DNA from: Lama glama
Taxonomy: Eukaryota
DNA: 64,000 nt
Direction of reading: 5' to 3'
Assembly (NCBI GenBank): GCA_028534125.1
Contig: CM052817.1
Coordinates: forward strand, 41,852,001-41,916,000
This document shows, in pieces, positions 26,519 to 41,044 of this stretch (the stretch's first letter is position 1; each line of letters starts with the position of its first letter). The position numbers were made by a program, and so were the translations under genes. The notes under the pieces are model-generated. The model ran no database searches and had not been told where the DNA came from. It worked only from the letters and a program-made list of their open reading frames with translations.

Positions 26519-27012
26519 TATCAAGGGGGAAGAAAACTTTCCTCTACTCTTCTAGGTTCTTCTGACTGGTCTAAGAATGAGACAGAACAACAGGAAAAAA
26601 TCAAATTTGTGATTCATACATATGGGAACCCCACATACGTGAGAGGGTCTGAGACCCCATATACACGAGAAGTTCAAAGACAGAAAGGTAAATGAAGTAC
26701 ATATGCCATCCTGAGCTAAGGGATGGGATGGGGACTGGGGCTTCCAAGGACAGGAGGGTCACTCACAGTACAGTGAGAAGAGCAGATGTTTGGTAATTAG
26801 ATGTTTGCACTGCCGTATAGATAGGACCACTTAGATAAAGTTTAACTCTGGTGATAACACTTTTTTACGGGAAAAATCCCCAATTTAAATTCTGGTAGTT
26901 AAGAGAGGGGCAGTAGTTTCTCTCGAGCCTGAAGGGTCTTAACTGCCTTCAGCTCAAAATAACTCACTTGCCAAAGTGGCACATCTTGGGAAGGCCTGTT
27001 CTAACCCTTATA
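26519..27012 (-). mobile_element. ERV1 solo LTR (MER34-group-like)
   Basis: tgccttcagctcaaaataactcacttgccaaagtggcacatcttggg matches the MER34-type 5' end in antisense; 4-bp TSD GTTC at 26515-26518 and 27013-27016. Confidence 0.85.
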
Positions 27013-27129
27013 GTTCCTTATAAGCCTTGAGAGGACAACTATTTTCTAGAAGGAAATTTGAATATGATCAAATTTCCTGTTCCCCCATTAGGTATCATAT
27101 CTTGCTCCCCTAGAGTAATTAATGCATTG

Positions 27130-27320
27130 GTTTTGACTTTATCTTCTTTCTTGTGTTACCATCATGTAAATTACCTGTCATTTACACTTAACCATAAGCT
27201 CCTTCAGCATAGACTTTATATGAAACTCTTTTTGTCCTCCAACTACATCCCAGATGTAGTTACACATACAAGATTTCTAATATATTGTTAAATGATCAGA
27301 TGAACAGATAAATGGATCGG
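27130..27320 (+). mobile_element. L2 3' end
   Basis: acactaaccataagctccttcag...aatatattgttaaatga. Confidence 0.55.
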
Positions 27321-27827
27321 CATGTCAGCACAAGAATAATGAATTACTATTAAGTTCACAATTAAGCCCCCACAAAAGAAAGGCAGTTTTATTGGGTTGC
27401 ATAGATTTCATGATGCAAAGGAATTATTTATATAGTTTATGTTATCACAGCTTATTTCCCTAACTCCCTGTGATATCACATTTTCCTTTAATTCCAATTA
27501 GAAAGCTAAGCAGAAACAAATTTAAAGTTTTCCTATCTCAATTGTTGGCACACAAACTAATTATAAGCATTCTGATAAGGAAAATAATGCAAGTTATGCA
27601 AATTTTTCAAAGATATAGGCAGGCTATTCTAAATGCTACCAAGTTTTTGCCAATTTTTCTTGTCAAAGAGAAAGTTTGTGCCTATAGAGACAAAATGAAA
27701 TGGAAAGTAGAGCAATTATGTAGAAAATTAGGCCAATTAAAACATAACTAAGATAATAATGTTGGGCTTTTCTACAACAATGCAGTGTGGTGACCATTTA
27801 TTTGAACAAGAATCTCAGCTTTTAACA

Positions 27828-28327
27828 NNNNNNNNNNNNNNNNNNNNNNNNNNNNNNNNNNNNNNNNNNNNNNNNNNNNNNNNNNNNNNNNNNNNNNNNN
27901 NNNNNNNNNNNNNNNNNNNNNNNNNNNNNNNNNNNNNNNNNNNNNNNNNNNNNNNNNNNNNNNNNNNNNNNNNNNNNNNNNNNNNNNNNNNNNNNNNNNN
28001 NNNNNNNNNNNNNNNNNNNNNNNNNNNNNNNNNNNNNNNNNNNNNNNNNNNNNNNNNNNNNNNNNNNNNNNNNNNNNNNNNNNNNNNNNNNNNNNNNNNN
28101 NNNNNNNNNNNNNNNNNNNNNNNNNNNNNNNNNNNNNNNNNNNNNNNNNNNNNNNNNNNNNNNNNNNNNNNNNNNNNNNNNNNNNNNNNNNNNNNNNNNN
28201 NNNNNNNNNNNNNNNNNNNNNNNNNNNNNNNNNNNNNNNNNNNNNNNNNNNNNNNNNNNNNNNNNNNNNNNNNNNNNNNNNNNNNNNNNNNNNNNNNNNN
28301 NNNNNNNNNNNNNNNNNNNNNNNNNNN
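27828..28327. other. Assembly gap (500 N)
   Basis: Run of exactly 500 n. Confidence 1.
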
Positions 28328-30194
28328 GTTATAACTGGAAGTATTCTTGATCTACTGTTTATTTTATGCCTTCAACTAAATTACTTTTAAAACATGTTAT
28401 TATATAATTTATTTTAATCATTATCATTAATCATTTATGTGGGGAGAGAGAAAGAGAAGAATTCTAAAAATACCAAATATGAGACTAGATGTAATTGAAG
28501 TTAATCCTCTAGAGGCAAGAACAATGCACTGTTTCCCTCAAAATTATTATCACTTAATCCTCAAATATATTTTACTAAACTTTCTTGGTCTTGATATCCA
28601 AAGATTATTTCTGCACAAAGACTCTAATGTAATTCCTCTCTAATGAGGAATTAATTAACGTATTGGTTGAGAATTGATTAAAGGTCCTTATCAAAAGGTT
28701 ACATTACAACTGTTTGAAATTCTTTCTTTATTTATTTAAATATTATTGCCCAACTACTCCCTAAAACAGCTCTTGTTGTGAGGTTATGTTCTGAGTATGC
28801 TTCAAAGAAGTGGTATTTCCTAGGCCTGTCTATCCTGGAGAAGGTCAATGAAACACCTCTGAGAGAGGATAACTGGTTAAAACCCATTTGTATTACTCTG
28901 GCTTTGCCATGACTTATAGCTGTGTTAGCATCACTTGTGCATTCCCTTCGAGCTCTCTCTTGATCCCAGGAATAATGTAGCTGCAATTGGTGCATTCGTG
29001 TATTTTAATAGTGTTGAAAATGCAGAGGTTGTGTTTCAACAGTTTCCAAAAATCTTCTCTATTCATTATTAATTTTTACTTAACATTCACAAAGACTCAA
29101 CTTTTATTTTTTTAAAAAAGTGTCTGTTGAAGCAAGCAAGCAGAAAAGAATTCAAAAGGAAATTCCATTTGGTCCATTTCTGTTTCTTGTATTCACCATA
29201 CATTTATTCAGCATCTACCCTAGGAGATACAGTGGGTAAAAAAGAACCACAGATCTGTGTTTTCATGTCTCCCCTTCTCAAAAATTTATTCAAATACACA
29301 AGACAATTTTAGTTAGGCGCTTAGGAACAATTAAGGAAATACACAGTACTCTAAGTAAGTGAAGGACAGTGACTAAATGAAAATTGCTTATGTTTACTTA
29401 CTTTAGTTTCTAGATGATTCTCTTTAACTTTCAATAGTATTTATTCTCATTGAATATTAGCACTAAGGCTATCTACTTCTCTTTCATGGTCAGTTTCACC
29501 CCAAGGGTGTCAGTCACTTCGCCAATTACTTATACTCACTAATAAAAATCAAAATGCACAATTTCAGTTTCACTACTCCAGTACAGAAGCACAGTTTTTT
29601 TCACCAAATGAAGGGAGCCCCAGAAAAGGCTACTAGTAAGTCATATCTTAGTGTGTATTTGCCAATGGGTGCAGTTCCAAGGGTTGATCATGTAAGAAAA
29701 GGGAGTTTCAAATTGATGGGAAGGAGCAAGAGAGCAAGAAGTTATTATTTTAACATTCTGTGATAAAGCAAACACAAGAAATGCACTTAGAGACATCGAC
29801 TTTGAAAAACCAGTATGGGCAGCTTAAAGGCATTATGTTTGCATGAGTGGCTAAAAACAGAGTATTGAGCACTGGACAAGAGACAAGACGGCAGAAAGGG
29901 AGACGGGATGCTATTAAAAAAAAATTTCAACAGCTTCATTATTTTTCGCAGGCCAGGCCAGTGAAGGTGTTACTGAAAAGTCTGGTTTCTCCCCCTTATA
30001 CAGAGAAAGGCAGCAAGAGGAACAATTTAGGAAAAAGCCATATATAAGGACATGGAGATTCTTCAGATATACACTTTGTGGGTACATGTGTATCTATATA
30101 TACGTTCACTGACAAATATATATTCATATATGTATATGCGTGTGTCTATTATACAGACACTTGTGTGTATATATATATATATATATACACAGAA

Positions 30195-30385
30195 TATGTA
30201 AATTCTGTAATCCTCACAGAAACCCTATAAAATTGGCAGTACTATAATTTGTTTCACAGATGAGGACACTGAGGCACAAAGAGGCTAAATAATTTCCCCA
30301 AAGTCAAAGTCACACAGCCAGCAAGGATACGAGCTGGGATTTGAATTCATGCAGTCCGTCCTTGGTGTCTGGGCTCCTGACCACT
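30195..30385 (-). mobile_element. MIR SINE (preceded by TA/TG low-complexity 30085-30190)
   Basis: tttcacagatgaggacactgaggcacaaagaggctaaataatttcccca...gagctgggatttgaa. Confidence 0.88.
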
Positions 30386-31149
30386 AAAATATCCCATACT
30401 GGGACTGGTATTGGGAGCTGTGGAAAAGGTTATTCACCACCTGTTAGCATTTAAGTCTAAAATTTAGTTTTCAAATTTGTACTTTATAAACTATTACTTC
30501 AAATGCTCCCTGATTGAATTTAATAAAAATTTTAATTACACTGGATGTTCTTTATTTAAACATGCAACTTTTTAAATAAAAACATGAAGTACAAACCAAC
30601 CAATTTTGCACTGTATTTTGACTAGCTTTTGGCATGGATTTAAATACTAGAATTGTGTTAGAATGTAAATTTGGCCTTACTTTTGAGCTTTCTACCTTAT
30701 GTATCTTTCCATTACAGTGGTTTTGGAGAGCTATATGGAGAGTTAAATATTTGTGATTATATTTAGGGTAAAAAATCTGCAATGACTTTGAAGCTATATG
30801 TTAAAGATTCATGGCATCTGGTTCCTGTTTACAGTTTTTCAGTCTTCCAAGATACATTAATGAGAAACATAATGAGGTAAATTAGATTTTCACAGAGTTA
30901 TGCTTATTAACAAACATTCTCCCTGAGGTAATCAGACATGACCATATCTAAAAATTATATGGATTATAAAATACTTCAAATCCTGTATTTTTAAATAATG
31001 TAATCATAAATGCAGAAAACAGGTACTAAAGGGCAAAGAATCCTGAAACATGTTAACAGTACTATTGCAAAGTAGAAATTGAAAGAGGAAAGATTTTTCT
31101 TCAATTCTGTACCGAATGTATTACTAAATTGCCAAATAATAAAATTTAA

Positions 31150-31400
31150 AATGGTCAGTATCTATTGAGTGGTTATTAAGTACTAGGCATTTTTCTAAGA
31201 ATAATGATTACTCCTTAAACAACTTTATCAGGTAGATATTATTATTCCCATGTTTCAGGTTAGAATACAGAAACAGTAACAATTTAAGCAACTTGACACA
31301 AGGCCCCACAGCTGGTAAATGGTAGAGCTGGGGATTTGAACGAAGGCAGTGTAACCTCTTGAGCTTAACAGGTAGCTCCTATCCTACAGGACTACACTAC
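31150..31400 (-). mobile_element. MIR SINE
   Basis: tattgagtggttattaagtactaggca...caaggccccacagctggtaaatggtagagctggggatttgaac. Confidence 0.82.
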
Positions 31401-32659
31401 TACCTGGCTCTAGTTGTCTTATTAGGCAGCCCACACATATAATGTAACTTATCCACTAAAAGCCTGAAGACTGCATCCTTGTTTGGATCCAAAATGTTTG
31501 TCACCATTCTGAGCGCTGCCATTTAGAGCTGTTTTCCACATGTGCTCCATCAGTTGTTCCTCAGAAGCCGAGTAAAATTTTCTCTTGCAAGAAAACCCTT
31601 CCTAGCACAGCAAGTTGTTTCACCTTCTCCCTCTCCCTTCAACCCAGTAGATATCGAGGTAATCAGTCAGGAGATGGCTGATGGGAAAAGATGTGTTCTA
31701 TTTTATATACACATAAGAAAAACTCCCAAGATACTAGTATATACTATGTAAAATTTGGGCCTGCCACCACTACCAAATAGAATTGATCTTTTCATTATAT
31801 TCCTCTTCTATGGTTGTACTTATTCTTCATTTTCATCTAATTTCGCACACATAAAAGTGTTGGGAATTAGAGCTGAGCAACTAGATTCACCCCAGGTCCT
31901 GAAAAAACTGAAGAGGAGCAGGGGGAACCCTCTTTTTAAAAAAAACTCATAAATGTTGATCAGAAATTAAAACTTGAGAATTTTAAAAAATCAACTGCTG
32001 GGTCTCTATGAATCTCTAAGGATTTCATATGAAATCTTAGCCTCAGTGTAGTGATCCCTACAATGATCCTAAGAGAAAGTAGCATTAAGGCAATTCCTCA
32101 GTTAATATAACTTTAAAGAGAGGAGGACCTGTTATTTTATGCTTGGTTTGACCATAGTTATTGGACATACCATTAAGATATATAAAGATTCTCTTTAGTC
32201 AACCTTTAGATCACATGATAGGCTTGGGGTCAGTAGCTTTATAAATGCTGCAGTATGGTTTGTCTGAAGATTCTGGTCTTAAATAAATTCAAAGAAAAGA
32301 AATATACTCTAAGTGCTATACTATGACCAATTTCATTATCACATTGATAGCCACTATCTTCATTGTTAGTAATTACTGACTTACAAAAAAATAAATATTA
32401 AAGTATCAGTCATATTCACTTTGGTGGAAAAATATGAACACATAGTTTTGAATGCTCTGATGTATTACAGTTACATTAAACTACTAGAGAAATATTAGAA
32501 TTTATAGAATATCTAGACAAATTAAGATATATAATCACTTTATCTACTCAGGACAAATCATTTACAAATAGCATTCACAATAGCAATAATGCACTCAAAC
32601 ATAAATTATCAAAGGCAATGGGCATCTCCTATATTTCATGTCAACAGTAACAATTAACA

Positions 32660-32830
32660 ACATCAACAGAATGCTTCCTATGTGTCCTCAGTTCTGTTAT
32701 TTTGATATGTACTAACAGCTCATTAATGAGGTGGGGACTTTTACTATAGTTAAGGAGAGGTACAAAGAGGTTAAGTGATTGCCCAAGGTAATATACAGAT
32801 AAATGAAGTGGCAATTGAACTCAGTGCAAT
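32660..32830 (-). mobile_element. MIR SINE fragment
   Basis: agaggttaagtgattgcccaaggta. Confidence 0.65.
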
Positions 32831-32837
32831 GATGACT

Positions 32838-33490
32838 TTAGCTTCAGGAAGGGAGCTGGTTGACAGAAGAACCAACTAAGTGATCAGAGGGTTAGAACTT
32901 TCAGTCTCAACCCCAGAACTCCAGGGAGGGGAGAGGGGCTGGAGGCTGAGTTTTAACACCAATGGCCAATCATTTTATCAATCATGTTTGCATAACAGAA
33001 CCTCCATAAAAAGCCCTAAATGACATATCTCGAAGAGCTTCTGGGTTGGTGAACACACTGAGGTGCTGGGAGGATGGTGTGGTCTGAGGGGGCCTGGAAG
33101 CTCTACACACACACACTCCTCCTCCTATGCCCTATACCTATGTGTGTTTACCACCTGGCTATTCCTAAGTTATATCCTTTATACTAAACTGGTAATAATT
33201 GTCCAGAGTTCTATCAATTGTTCTAGTGAATGATCAGACCTGAGGGGGGATCACGGGGACCCCTAAATTTGTACTCAACCAGGCAGAAATGTGGCTATTC
33301 TGGGCACCCCATTTGCAGTTGGTGTCTGAAGTGGATAAAGTCTTGAGACTGGGTCCTTAAACCTGAGACCTTTGACTCTAATTCCATGTAATTAATGTCA
33401 GAATTAAATTCAATTGTAGGAAATTCAGTGTCAGGATTGGTTGGTGTCAAGAGGGGAAAAAAAAACAGAATTGGACACACATTTTTAAAG
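32838..33490 (+). mobile_element. ERVL LTR (MER21-like), 5'-truncated
   Basis: agcttcaggaagggagctgg...agagggttagaactttcag...ggagaggggctggag...gagcttctgggttggtgaacac...gaattaaattcaattgtagga. Confidence 0.85.
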
Positions 33491-34204
33491 TATCAGCAAC
33501 TCCATTTCATCAAAGAAAAATATATCCAATATACTTTATATCTTAGAACTGAATGTACATCAATAAGTATCTTATAGTGAAGTGTCAGCATCCTCCAGCT
33601 TCCAAATGGAAAATAAACTCTGCAGGCAATTAATAAATTAGACATTAATACTGCCCTATATATCAAATGACTTTAAACAAAAAAATTTAAATGTATAATT
33701 AAAGTACTACTCTTTGAATTTCTTCTGGCATACTATTAAAAATAACATTTTTATTGATTATTGATCTTTTTAATTGAGAAAATTGTAGATTCACATGCAG
33801 TAAAGAGAAATAATACAGAAAGATCCCATGTGCAGTTTATCCAATCCCCCTCAATGGCAGCACTGTGTACAACTACATTATGGTGTAATATCATAACCAG
33901 AATATCAACACTGGTACAATCCACCAGTATTATTCAGTTTCCCCCAGTTCTATTTGTACTCATGTATGTGTGTACGAATGTGTGTGCGTATTTGGTTATA
34001 TGCAATCTCATACATGTGTAGCTTCCTGTTTGCACCACTGAGTCAAGATACTGAGTTCCATCACCATAAGAATCCTTCCTCTTGCTCATTTGTAACCACA
34101 CTCATCTCCCTCCCACCTCCAGACCTTCCCTTGTTCCTAACCTCTGATATCCACTAATCTGTCATCCATTTCTAAAATCTAATCATTTAAAAAATGCTCT
34201 ATAA

Positions 34205-34576
34205 CTTGAAGTGTATTATGCTAAGTGCAATAAGTCAGATAGAGAAAGACAAATACTGTATGATATCACTTATATTGAAATTTTAAAAATACAATAAACT
34301 AGTGACTAAAAAAAAGAAGCAGACTTACAGATACAGAGAAGCAATTAGTGGTTACCAGCGGAGAGAGGAAATGAAGGAGGGGTAATACAGGGATGGAACG
34401 TAAGAGGTACAAACTATTATGTATGAAATAAGTTACAGGTATGTATTGTATAACACAGAGAATATAGCCAATAGTATATAATAACTATAAATGGAGTATA
34501 ACCTTTAAAAATTGGGACTCACTATACTGTACACATGTAACATATAATATTGTACATCAACTATACTTTAATTTTT
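34205..34576 (+). mobile_element. Younger L1 3' end inserted in opposite orientation into the L1MC
   Basis: 13-bp TSD AAATGCTCTATAA at 34192-34204 and 34577-34589; tattatgctaagtgcaataagtcagatagagaaagacaaatactg. Confidence 0.92.
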
Positions 34577-35544
34577 AAATGCTCTATAAATGGAATCAAA
34601 GTATGTAAACTTTGGTGACTGGCTGTTTTTCACCCAGCATAATCCCCTGGAGATTCACACAATAGTTATATGAATCAGGTCCTTTCTTTTTTATTGCTGA
34701 GTAGTATTCCATGATAGATAGGTACCACAGTTTGTTCAACAATGTTTAACAATATTTAAGAACATGGGGGCTCATTTCAGTTTGGGGCTACTCCAAAGAA
34801 AGCTGCTATGAACACCATATAGGTTTGGATTGTTTATGTGACCATAAGTTTTCATGTCTCTGGGATAATTGCCTAACAGTACAATTAGTGGGTTGTATGG
34901 CAGTTGTATGTTTAGTTTTATAAGAAACTGCCAACTTGTTTTCCAGAGAGGTTGTACTATTTTACGTTCCCACCAGTGATGTATGAGTGATCCAGTGTCT
35001 CCACATCCTCTCGAGCACTTAGTGTTGTCACTACTTTTTTTTGGCCCTTCTGTATTAACTCATTGAGGTTTTAATTTGTGTTTCTTTGATGTTGAACATC
35101 TTTCTAGGTGCTTTTTAGCCATCTGTATATCCTCTTCACTGAAATGTCTCTTCAAGTCATTTTTCCATTTTCTGTTTAGATTATTTTTTTACTGCTGAGT
35201 TTTAAGAGTTCTTTATATACTCTACCTATTAGTCTTTTGTTGGATAAACAGCCTGTAAATATTTTCTCTGAATCTATAGGCTTTTCCATCCTTTTATCAG
35301 GGACTTCCACACAGCAAAAGTTTAAAATTTTGATGAGATTCAATTTACCCACTTCCCTTTTTATGGGTCACTCCTTTTGTTTCTCATCTGAGAATATTTT
35401 GAATAGCTCTAGATGTTAAAATTTTTCTCCACTGTTTTTTCCTAAAAGTTGCATGCTTTTACCTTTTATATTTAATTCTATGGTACAGTTTGAGTTAACT
35501 TTTGTGCAAGGTGTGAGGTTTAGGTTTTAGGTTGAGATTCTCTC

Positions 35545-35625
35545 CATCATCTCCTACTTCTTCTCCTGTTTTCCTTCCCCCCTCCTCCTCCTCTCCCTCC
35601 TCCTCTCCCTTCCCCTCCGTTCTTT
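35545..35625. repeat. CT-rich polypyrimidine low-complexity tract
   Basis: ccttcccccctcctcctcctctccctcctcctctcccctt. Confidence 0.85.
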
Positions 35626-38600
35626 TGCCTATGGGTAGCCAGTTGCTCCAAAACCAGTTGTTAAAAAGGCTATCTTTACTTCACTGAATTTTTTTGCATC
35701 TTCATAAAAAATCAATTGAGCACATTTGTGTGCATCTTTTTCTGGGTTCTCTATTCTGATCATTGTGCCCCTTTACCAATACTGTACTGTCCTTATGACT
35801 CTGTCTACACAGTAAACCTTAATCAGGTAGAGTGATTCCTCCCACTTTATTCTTTGCCAGTTGTTTCAACTATTCTAGCAACTGTGCCTCACATATCAAT
35901 TTTAGAATAAGCTTGTTGACATCTACAAAAAAACCTTGATGAAAGTTTCATAGGAATTTCATTACACCTGTAGATCAGTTAGGGGGGGAACTAACACCTT
36001 TATTATGTTGATCCTCCCATTCCACTAACGCAGTTGTGTCTTTTCATTTGTTTAAATCTTTGATTTCTTCCATACCATTAAAAAAATTCCCAGCATACAG
36101 ATCCTTAACATGCTTTGTTAAATGTATTCTATGTCTCCCTTACTTAGAGTTTTATCTTAAAAAGATGTTGGATTTTTTTCAAATGCTTTCTTTGTGTCAC
36201 CTGACATGATGATATGATTTTTTTCTTTAGGTTATTGATACAGTACATTACACTGGCTGATTCTGAATGCTGAACAAGCCTTGCACACCAGGAATAAATT
36301 CCACTAGATTGCGGCATATAATTCTTTTTATACATTGTTGGGTTCAGTTTGCTCATATTTTGTTGAGAAATTTTGAGTCTAAATTTAAGAGAGATACTTT
36401 TCCTTATGTAGTCTTTATTTGCATTATTACCTTTTTCTGGCTTTGGCATCAGGATAATACTGGATTCCTAAAGTAAGTTGGGAAGTGCTCCTACCTCATT
36501 TATTTTCTGAAAGAGACTGGGCAAAGTTAAATGTTATTCCTTTTTAAAGTGCTTATTAGAATTCTCTAGTGAAATTATCTAGATCTGGAGATTTATTCTT
36601 CAATAGCTTTTAAATTATGAATTAATTTTTTAAATTATTAAAGATCTATTCAGATTATCTGCTTCATCTTGGTTGAAATTTGATAGTTTACAGGTTTTAA
36701 GGAATTGGTCCATTTCTTCTACATTGGCAAATATATTAAAGTTGTTCATACTATTCATATATTAATTTCTAATGGTTGTAGAATTTGTCACAACATCCCC
36801 TATTTCTGGTATTCGCTATTTGTGTCTTATTTGTTTCATTTTTGTTAGTCTTACTAGAAGTTTGTTTATTTTATGGATTTTTTTGTTTCAACTGATTTTC
36901 TCTATTGTTTTCCTACTTTACTATTTCATTGTTTCTGCTCTTATCTTTAATGACCTTTATGATTTCCTTCTTTTTGCCTTGGATTTCCTTGCTTTGGGTT
37001 TACCTGGCTCTTCTTTTTCTACTTTCTGAGCTAAGAATTTAGTTTATTTCAGGCTTTACCTCATTTGCAATGGAAGCTATAAATTATAAATAATTTATGA
37101 ATTTATAAATTATAAATTTCCCTCTAAGCAACACTTCAGTTGCAGACCATTCATTTTTATGTTGTATTTTCATTTTCATTCAGTCCTATGTGTTTCTTTC
37201 TATTTCCTTTTAGTCTTTCTCTTTGATCCATGGATTATTTAAAGGTGTAGTTTAATTTCCACATGTTTAGAGATATTTCTGTTATCTTTCTGTTACTGAT
37301 TTCTAGTTTAATTACATTATGGTCAGAGAATGCTCTGTGTACGAATTCAGTTTGAATTTGTTGAGGTTTGTTTTATCGTCTAGGAATTGTTCCATTCTGT
37401 TAAGTGTTCCAGGGGTATTTGAAAAGACTGTGTTCTTTTTTTCATTGGGTGGAGACTTCTATATATGTCAGTTAGGTGCTGTTGGTTTGAGTGTGCTGTT
37501 CAGATCGTTTTTATACTTGCTGATTCTCTGTAGTAGTTCTATCTGATGCTAGGGGGGTGGTGTTAAAGTCTCCCACAATAATCATAGATTTGTCTACTTC
37601 TCCTTTCATCTCTATCAGCTTCTGTTTCTTAAATTCTAAATCTTTACTGTTTGGTTGGCAAACATTTAGGATCATTCTGTCTTTCTTGTTGATTCATCCT
37701 TTTATCAATGTTATTTGCTTCTAGTAATTTTCTTATCCCTGGTATTTACCAGATATTAAAATAGTCACTCCTGCATTTTTTGAATTAATGTTTTCATGTA
37801 TAACTTTTTCTATCTTTTACTTTTAGCCTAACTATGTCATTGAATTTGAAGTGAATTTCTTGTAAAGAGCATATGGTTGTGTTATATTTTTTAATTCATT
37901 CAGCCAATTTGTCTTTGATTGGTATATTTGGTTGGCATCACTGAGGACTTAAGTCTGCCATTTTATTATTATCTTTTTCTATTTCTTTCCCCTGGAACTC
38001 ATTCTTCTGTTTCTCTTTCCTTGCCTTCCTGTGGGGTAAGTGAATATGTTTTTAGGATTCCAGTTTATAGTGTTTTGAGTGTTATTCCTTTGTGTAGCTT
38101 CTGTAGTGTTGCACAGAGAATTATATTATCCACATATGACTTATAACTCACTGGTATCAATATTTTTACCAGTCCTATTTAAGTATGGATAACTCATTTC
38201 CATTTAAGTCCCTTACCTTCCTCATTTTTAAATATCATTGTCTTGTGTATCAGATGGTTACATCTGATTATTTGTAATTTTTTAATGATTATCAAAATAA
38301 GAATTACAAAGCTCATGAGGAAAAGAATAGCACATTATATGTAACCACACTTCTGACCTTTCATTGCTTCTTTTCTTCTTGCTTCTTGAACCACCAAGAT
38401 TTTTTCTTTTATCATTTCCTTTCTGGATATTCTCTAAGGCTCCTTTCATTCTAATATTCTATTAAAACCTTTCCAAAGAATCTGAGTTTAAAATAGGCAC
38501 TCAAAGAAACAGACATTTTTAAAAGTCTGAGAGAGGAGACAGAGATGGTCTAGAGCTGAGGAAAGACCACTGCAAAGACCACGTCAGGAAGCTAGAGAGA

Positions 38601-38814
38601 AGTGTGTTATGTATGAAGGAAGATTAATGAAGCAAAATTTATACCCTCCACAATTACATCTTGGACAGTACGAAACTGAAAGAGATTTACCACTCAAATA
38701 AACCATCCTAGAAAGGCCTCTCATTCAAACATTATAAAACACCTACAGTGTGCCAAGAACTGTGCAAGGTGGCAGAGATGTAGAGACAAGTGACAAAAGG
38801 TCTCGGTCCTAATT

Positions 38815-39194
38815 CATGATTGGCTTAGACAGGAGTACCTAGCAGCAGAGCTTGAAACAGGGATTCAGGTACTTCTGCACCATTGAGGGAATGCTCCGAG
38901 GAGAAAAGCAGTGAGGGAAGCAGGGTAAGTCAGAGGATAAGAAAGGCAAGGACATGGGCTCAGCTAAAGTTTACTTTCGCTGATCCTAATGGAGACCACA
39001 AGGAATTCTGCAATACCAGTGGCACCACAGAGCAGTAACACCTAAGGCAGAGGGACCTGTTGCATCTCTGTAACAGCACAATTCTCTGGAAGAGGCTAGT
39101 TCAAGGCCATTAACAGCCAGCACTCCCTGCAACTAGGAATGGGTAAACTGGCTGGTAAAAGAGATCTGGGTAGGTACCAACAGCATCCACTACA
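38815..39194 (-). mobile_element. ERVL LTR (LTR16-like)
   Basis: Ends gagatctgggtaggtaccaacagcatccactaca, the antisense of the LTR16-type start tgtagtggatgctg...cccagatc. Confidence 0.75.
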
Positions 39195-39320
39195 ACTGTC
39201 TGGGAAAGAAAGCAGATCACAATTAAATTATGGTGTAATTTGGTATCATAGTTCTGAGGTACAAAAAAAGTATAAGAACAAAGAGAAGAAAAGAGTAAAT
39301 TCTGTCTGGAGCAGCTGGAG

Positions 39321-39492
39321 AAGGCTCACCACATAATTTGTGGGGCCCAGTGGAAAATGAAATGTGGGGCACCTTGTTCAAACTTATTAATCATTTCAAA
39401 CTGATGACAGAGCATTAAACCAAGCCTGGAGCCCTTCTAAATGTGGGACTCTGTACAACTGCACAGCTCACTCTCCCATGAACCTGGCTCTG
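39321..39492 (-). mobile_element. MER45A-like hAT MITE
   Basis: cataatttgtggggcccagtggaaaatgaaatgtggggcaccttgttcaa...cagagcattaaaccaagc...catgaacctggctctg. Confidence 0.85.
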
Positions 39493-41044
39493 AAGGTGAA
39501 GAGTCTGTGAATGATAAGGAACCAACAGGATTTTGAAGGAGATGAGTTATAAGCTCCAATTGTATTTTTAAAAGCAGTTTCTGGAAGCAGAACAGAGAAT
39601 GATGAAGGAATCAGTTGTGTGATAAATCCATGTTCTTTTCAGGTAACTTCATCATGACTCATCTCAATGAAATAAAATGTATGGTGATTTTCTGTTGCTG
39701 ACTAGTTAATACTAACATCTGTAATAGACACTTCAATGTGAAGAAATAATAATTATATATTCCTAATGTATAATGTTCTTCAAATTATTCATGACCTGAC
39801 AATTTCTGCTGCTAGTTACTATTTTTTTTCCCAGAAGTCAGCAACTTTATAAGATCACGATATAAAATTCCAATATTCACACTTAAAGGTCAAGATTGAA
39901 GACTTGACTAAGAAAAATTACTATGAGTGTATACTACAATGTATTTTTGACTAAAAGCCACACATGAAGATAACAAAAGATTCTAATATTTATTTAACTC
40001 TCATACTGTTTTAAGAAAAAGCCTACTTCATGTAAAAGCAAATGCATCTTAAAACTTTGTTTCCTCTGTATGCAGAGCACTATTGTCAATACACTCAAAT
40101 TTAACTCCCCCTCCTCTACTCAAGCTTGTTCTAAAATGCTTTCACATAAATTCAAGATTTAACAGTATACTTTAGCATGCTATACACTAATAAAAATAAA
40201 GGGTACCATGCTGTTCCTTTTTAGAAGGTATTAAACTAAAATTACATAATTTCACATATTTAGAGCATATGAGCAAATATGTTTAAGTTACATCAGCCAT
40301 ACTTAGGCATGTAATTCCAACTATACCACATCCTATGGTTTAAACATCTTCCTTCATTAGTCACCAAGAACAGCATGGAAACATCTGGGGTCAGGAAGTT
40401 ATCCTCAGAATTTATATTCAAGAAAGACTAAACTTCTAGCTCTAGAAGTTTGTTGTTCTCAGTCTAGAAAGTACTCTCAACCGTTTCCCATATTTCTCTG
40501 TTGGCAACTTGTCATTTGGCCTGTTCTGGTGTCTGGAGAGCTGTGTTCCAGAGAAAATCTATAAACATTGAGGAGAGAAGGCAATTGACCAATTGACTTG
40601 GGAATTACTCAGCATTGGATCTGGAAGCCTGAAAATCTCTTACTGTGGCTTTTATCTACTGATTTTTAGGCACAAAAGACAGGAACATTTTTACCCATGG
40701 TGATTTTGTATATAGGATGAAGAGTATCTGGATTCTCCTGTTGTATAGATCTCAAATATTCCCAAGGTCAGGGCAATCCCTATTCTACAAATCCTACAAA
40801 ATGCTCCAATCAGAGCTATATAAAGTGCTCCATAAGCCAGCCAAGTGGCCCCTGAGTAGCTAAGGAAACAATTCTCAGCTCTCATCATATGACTGTGGCT
40901 GTCTATTGAGTCAAGGATACATCTTAGTTAAAATTTTCAATATGTTTCAAAAAAGAAATGTGTAAAGTAGGTATGAAGCTATATCCATATATTCAGTTGT
41001 GAGGAAAAACCGAAAAAAGCAAAAAACAAAAAACAAAAACCCAC

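Larger units (their letters stand above)
33760..38430 (-). mobile_element. Degraded L1MC-like element (3' UTR plus ORF2, internal deletions)
   Basis: attgtagattcacatgcagtaaagagaaataatacagaaagatccc 3' end; antisense ORF2 remnants incl. ORF 36144-36449 (PKPEK...ISLKFRLKI). Confidence 0.88.

Noticed and set aside
27759..28334. 191-aa ORF
   Set aside because: Spans the second N gap
31505..31690. Minus-strand acceptor cttttcccatcAG and a CTCF-like GCTCTAAATGGCAGC
   Set aside because: All frames closed, weak donor; CTCF match has three core mismatches
39631..39648. Plus-strand ttcttttcAG|GTAACT recursive-splice-like motif
   Set aside because: Short tract and no other evidence of + strand transcription; treated as background
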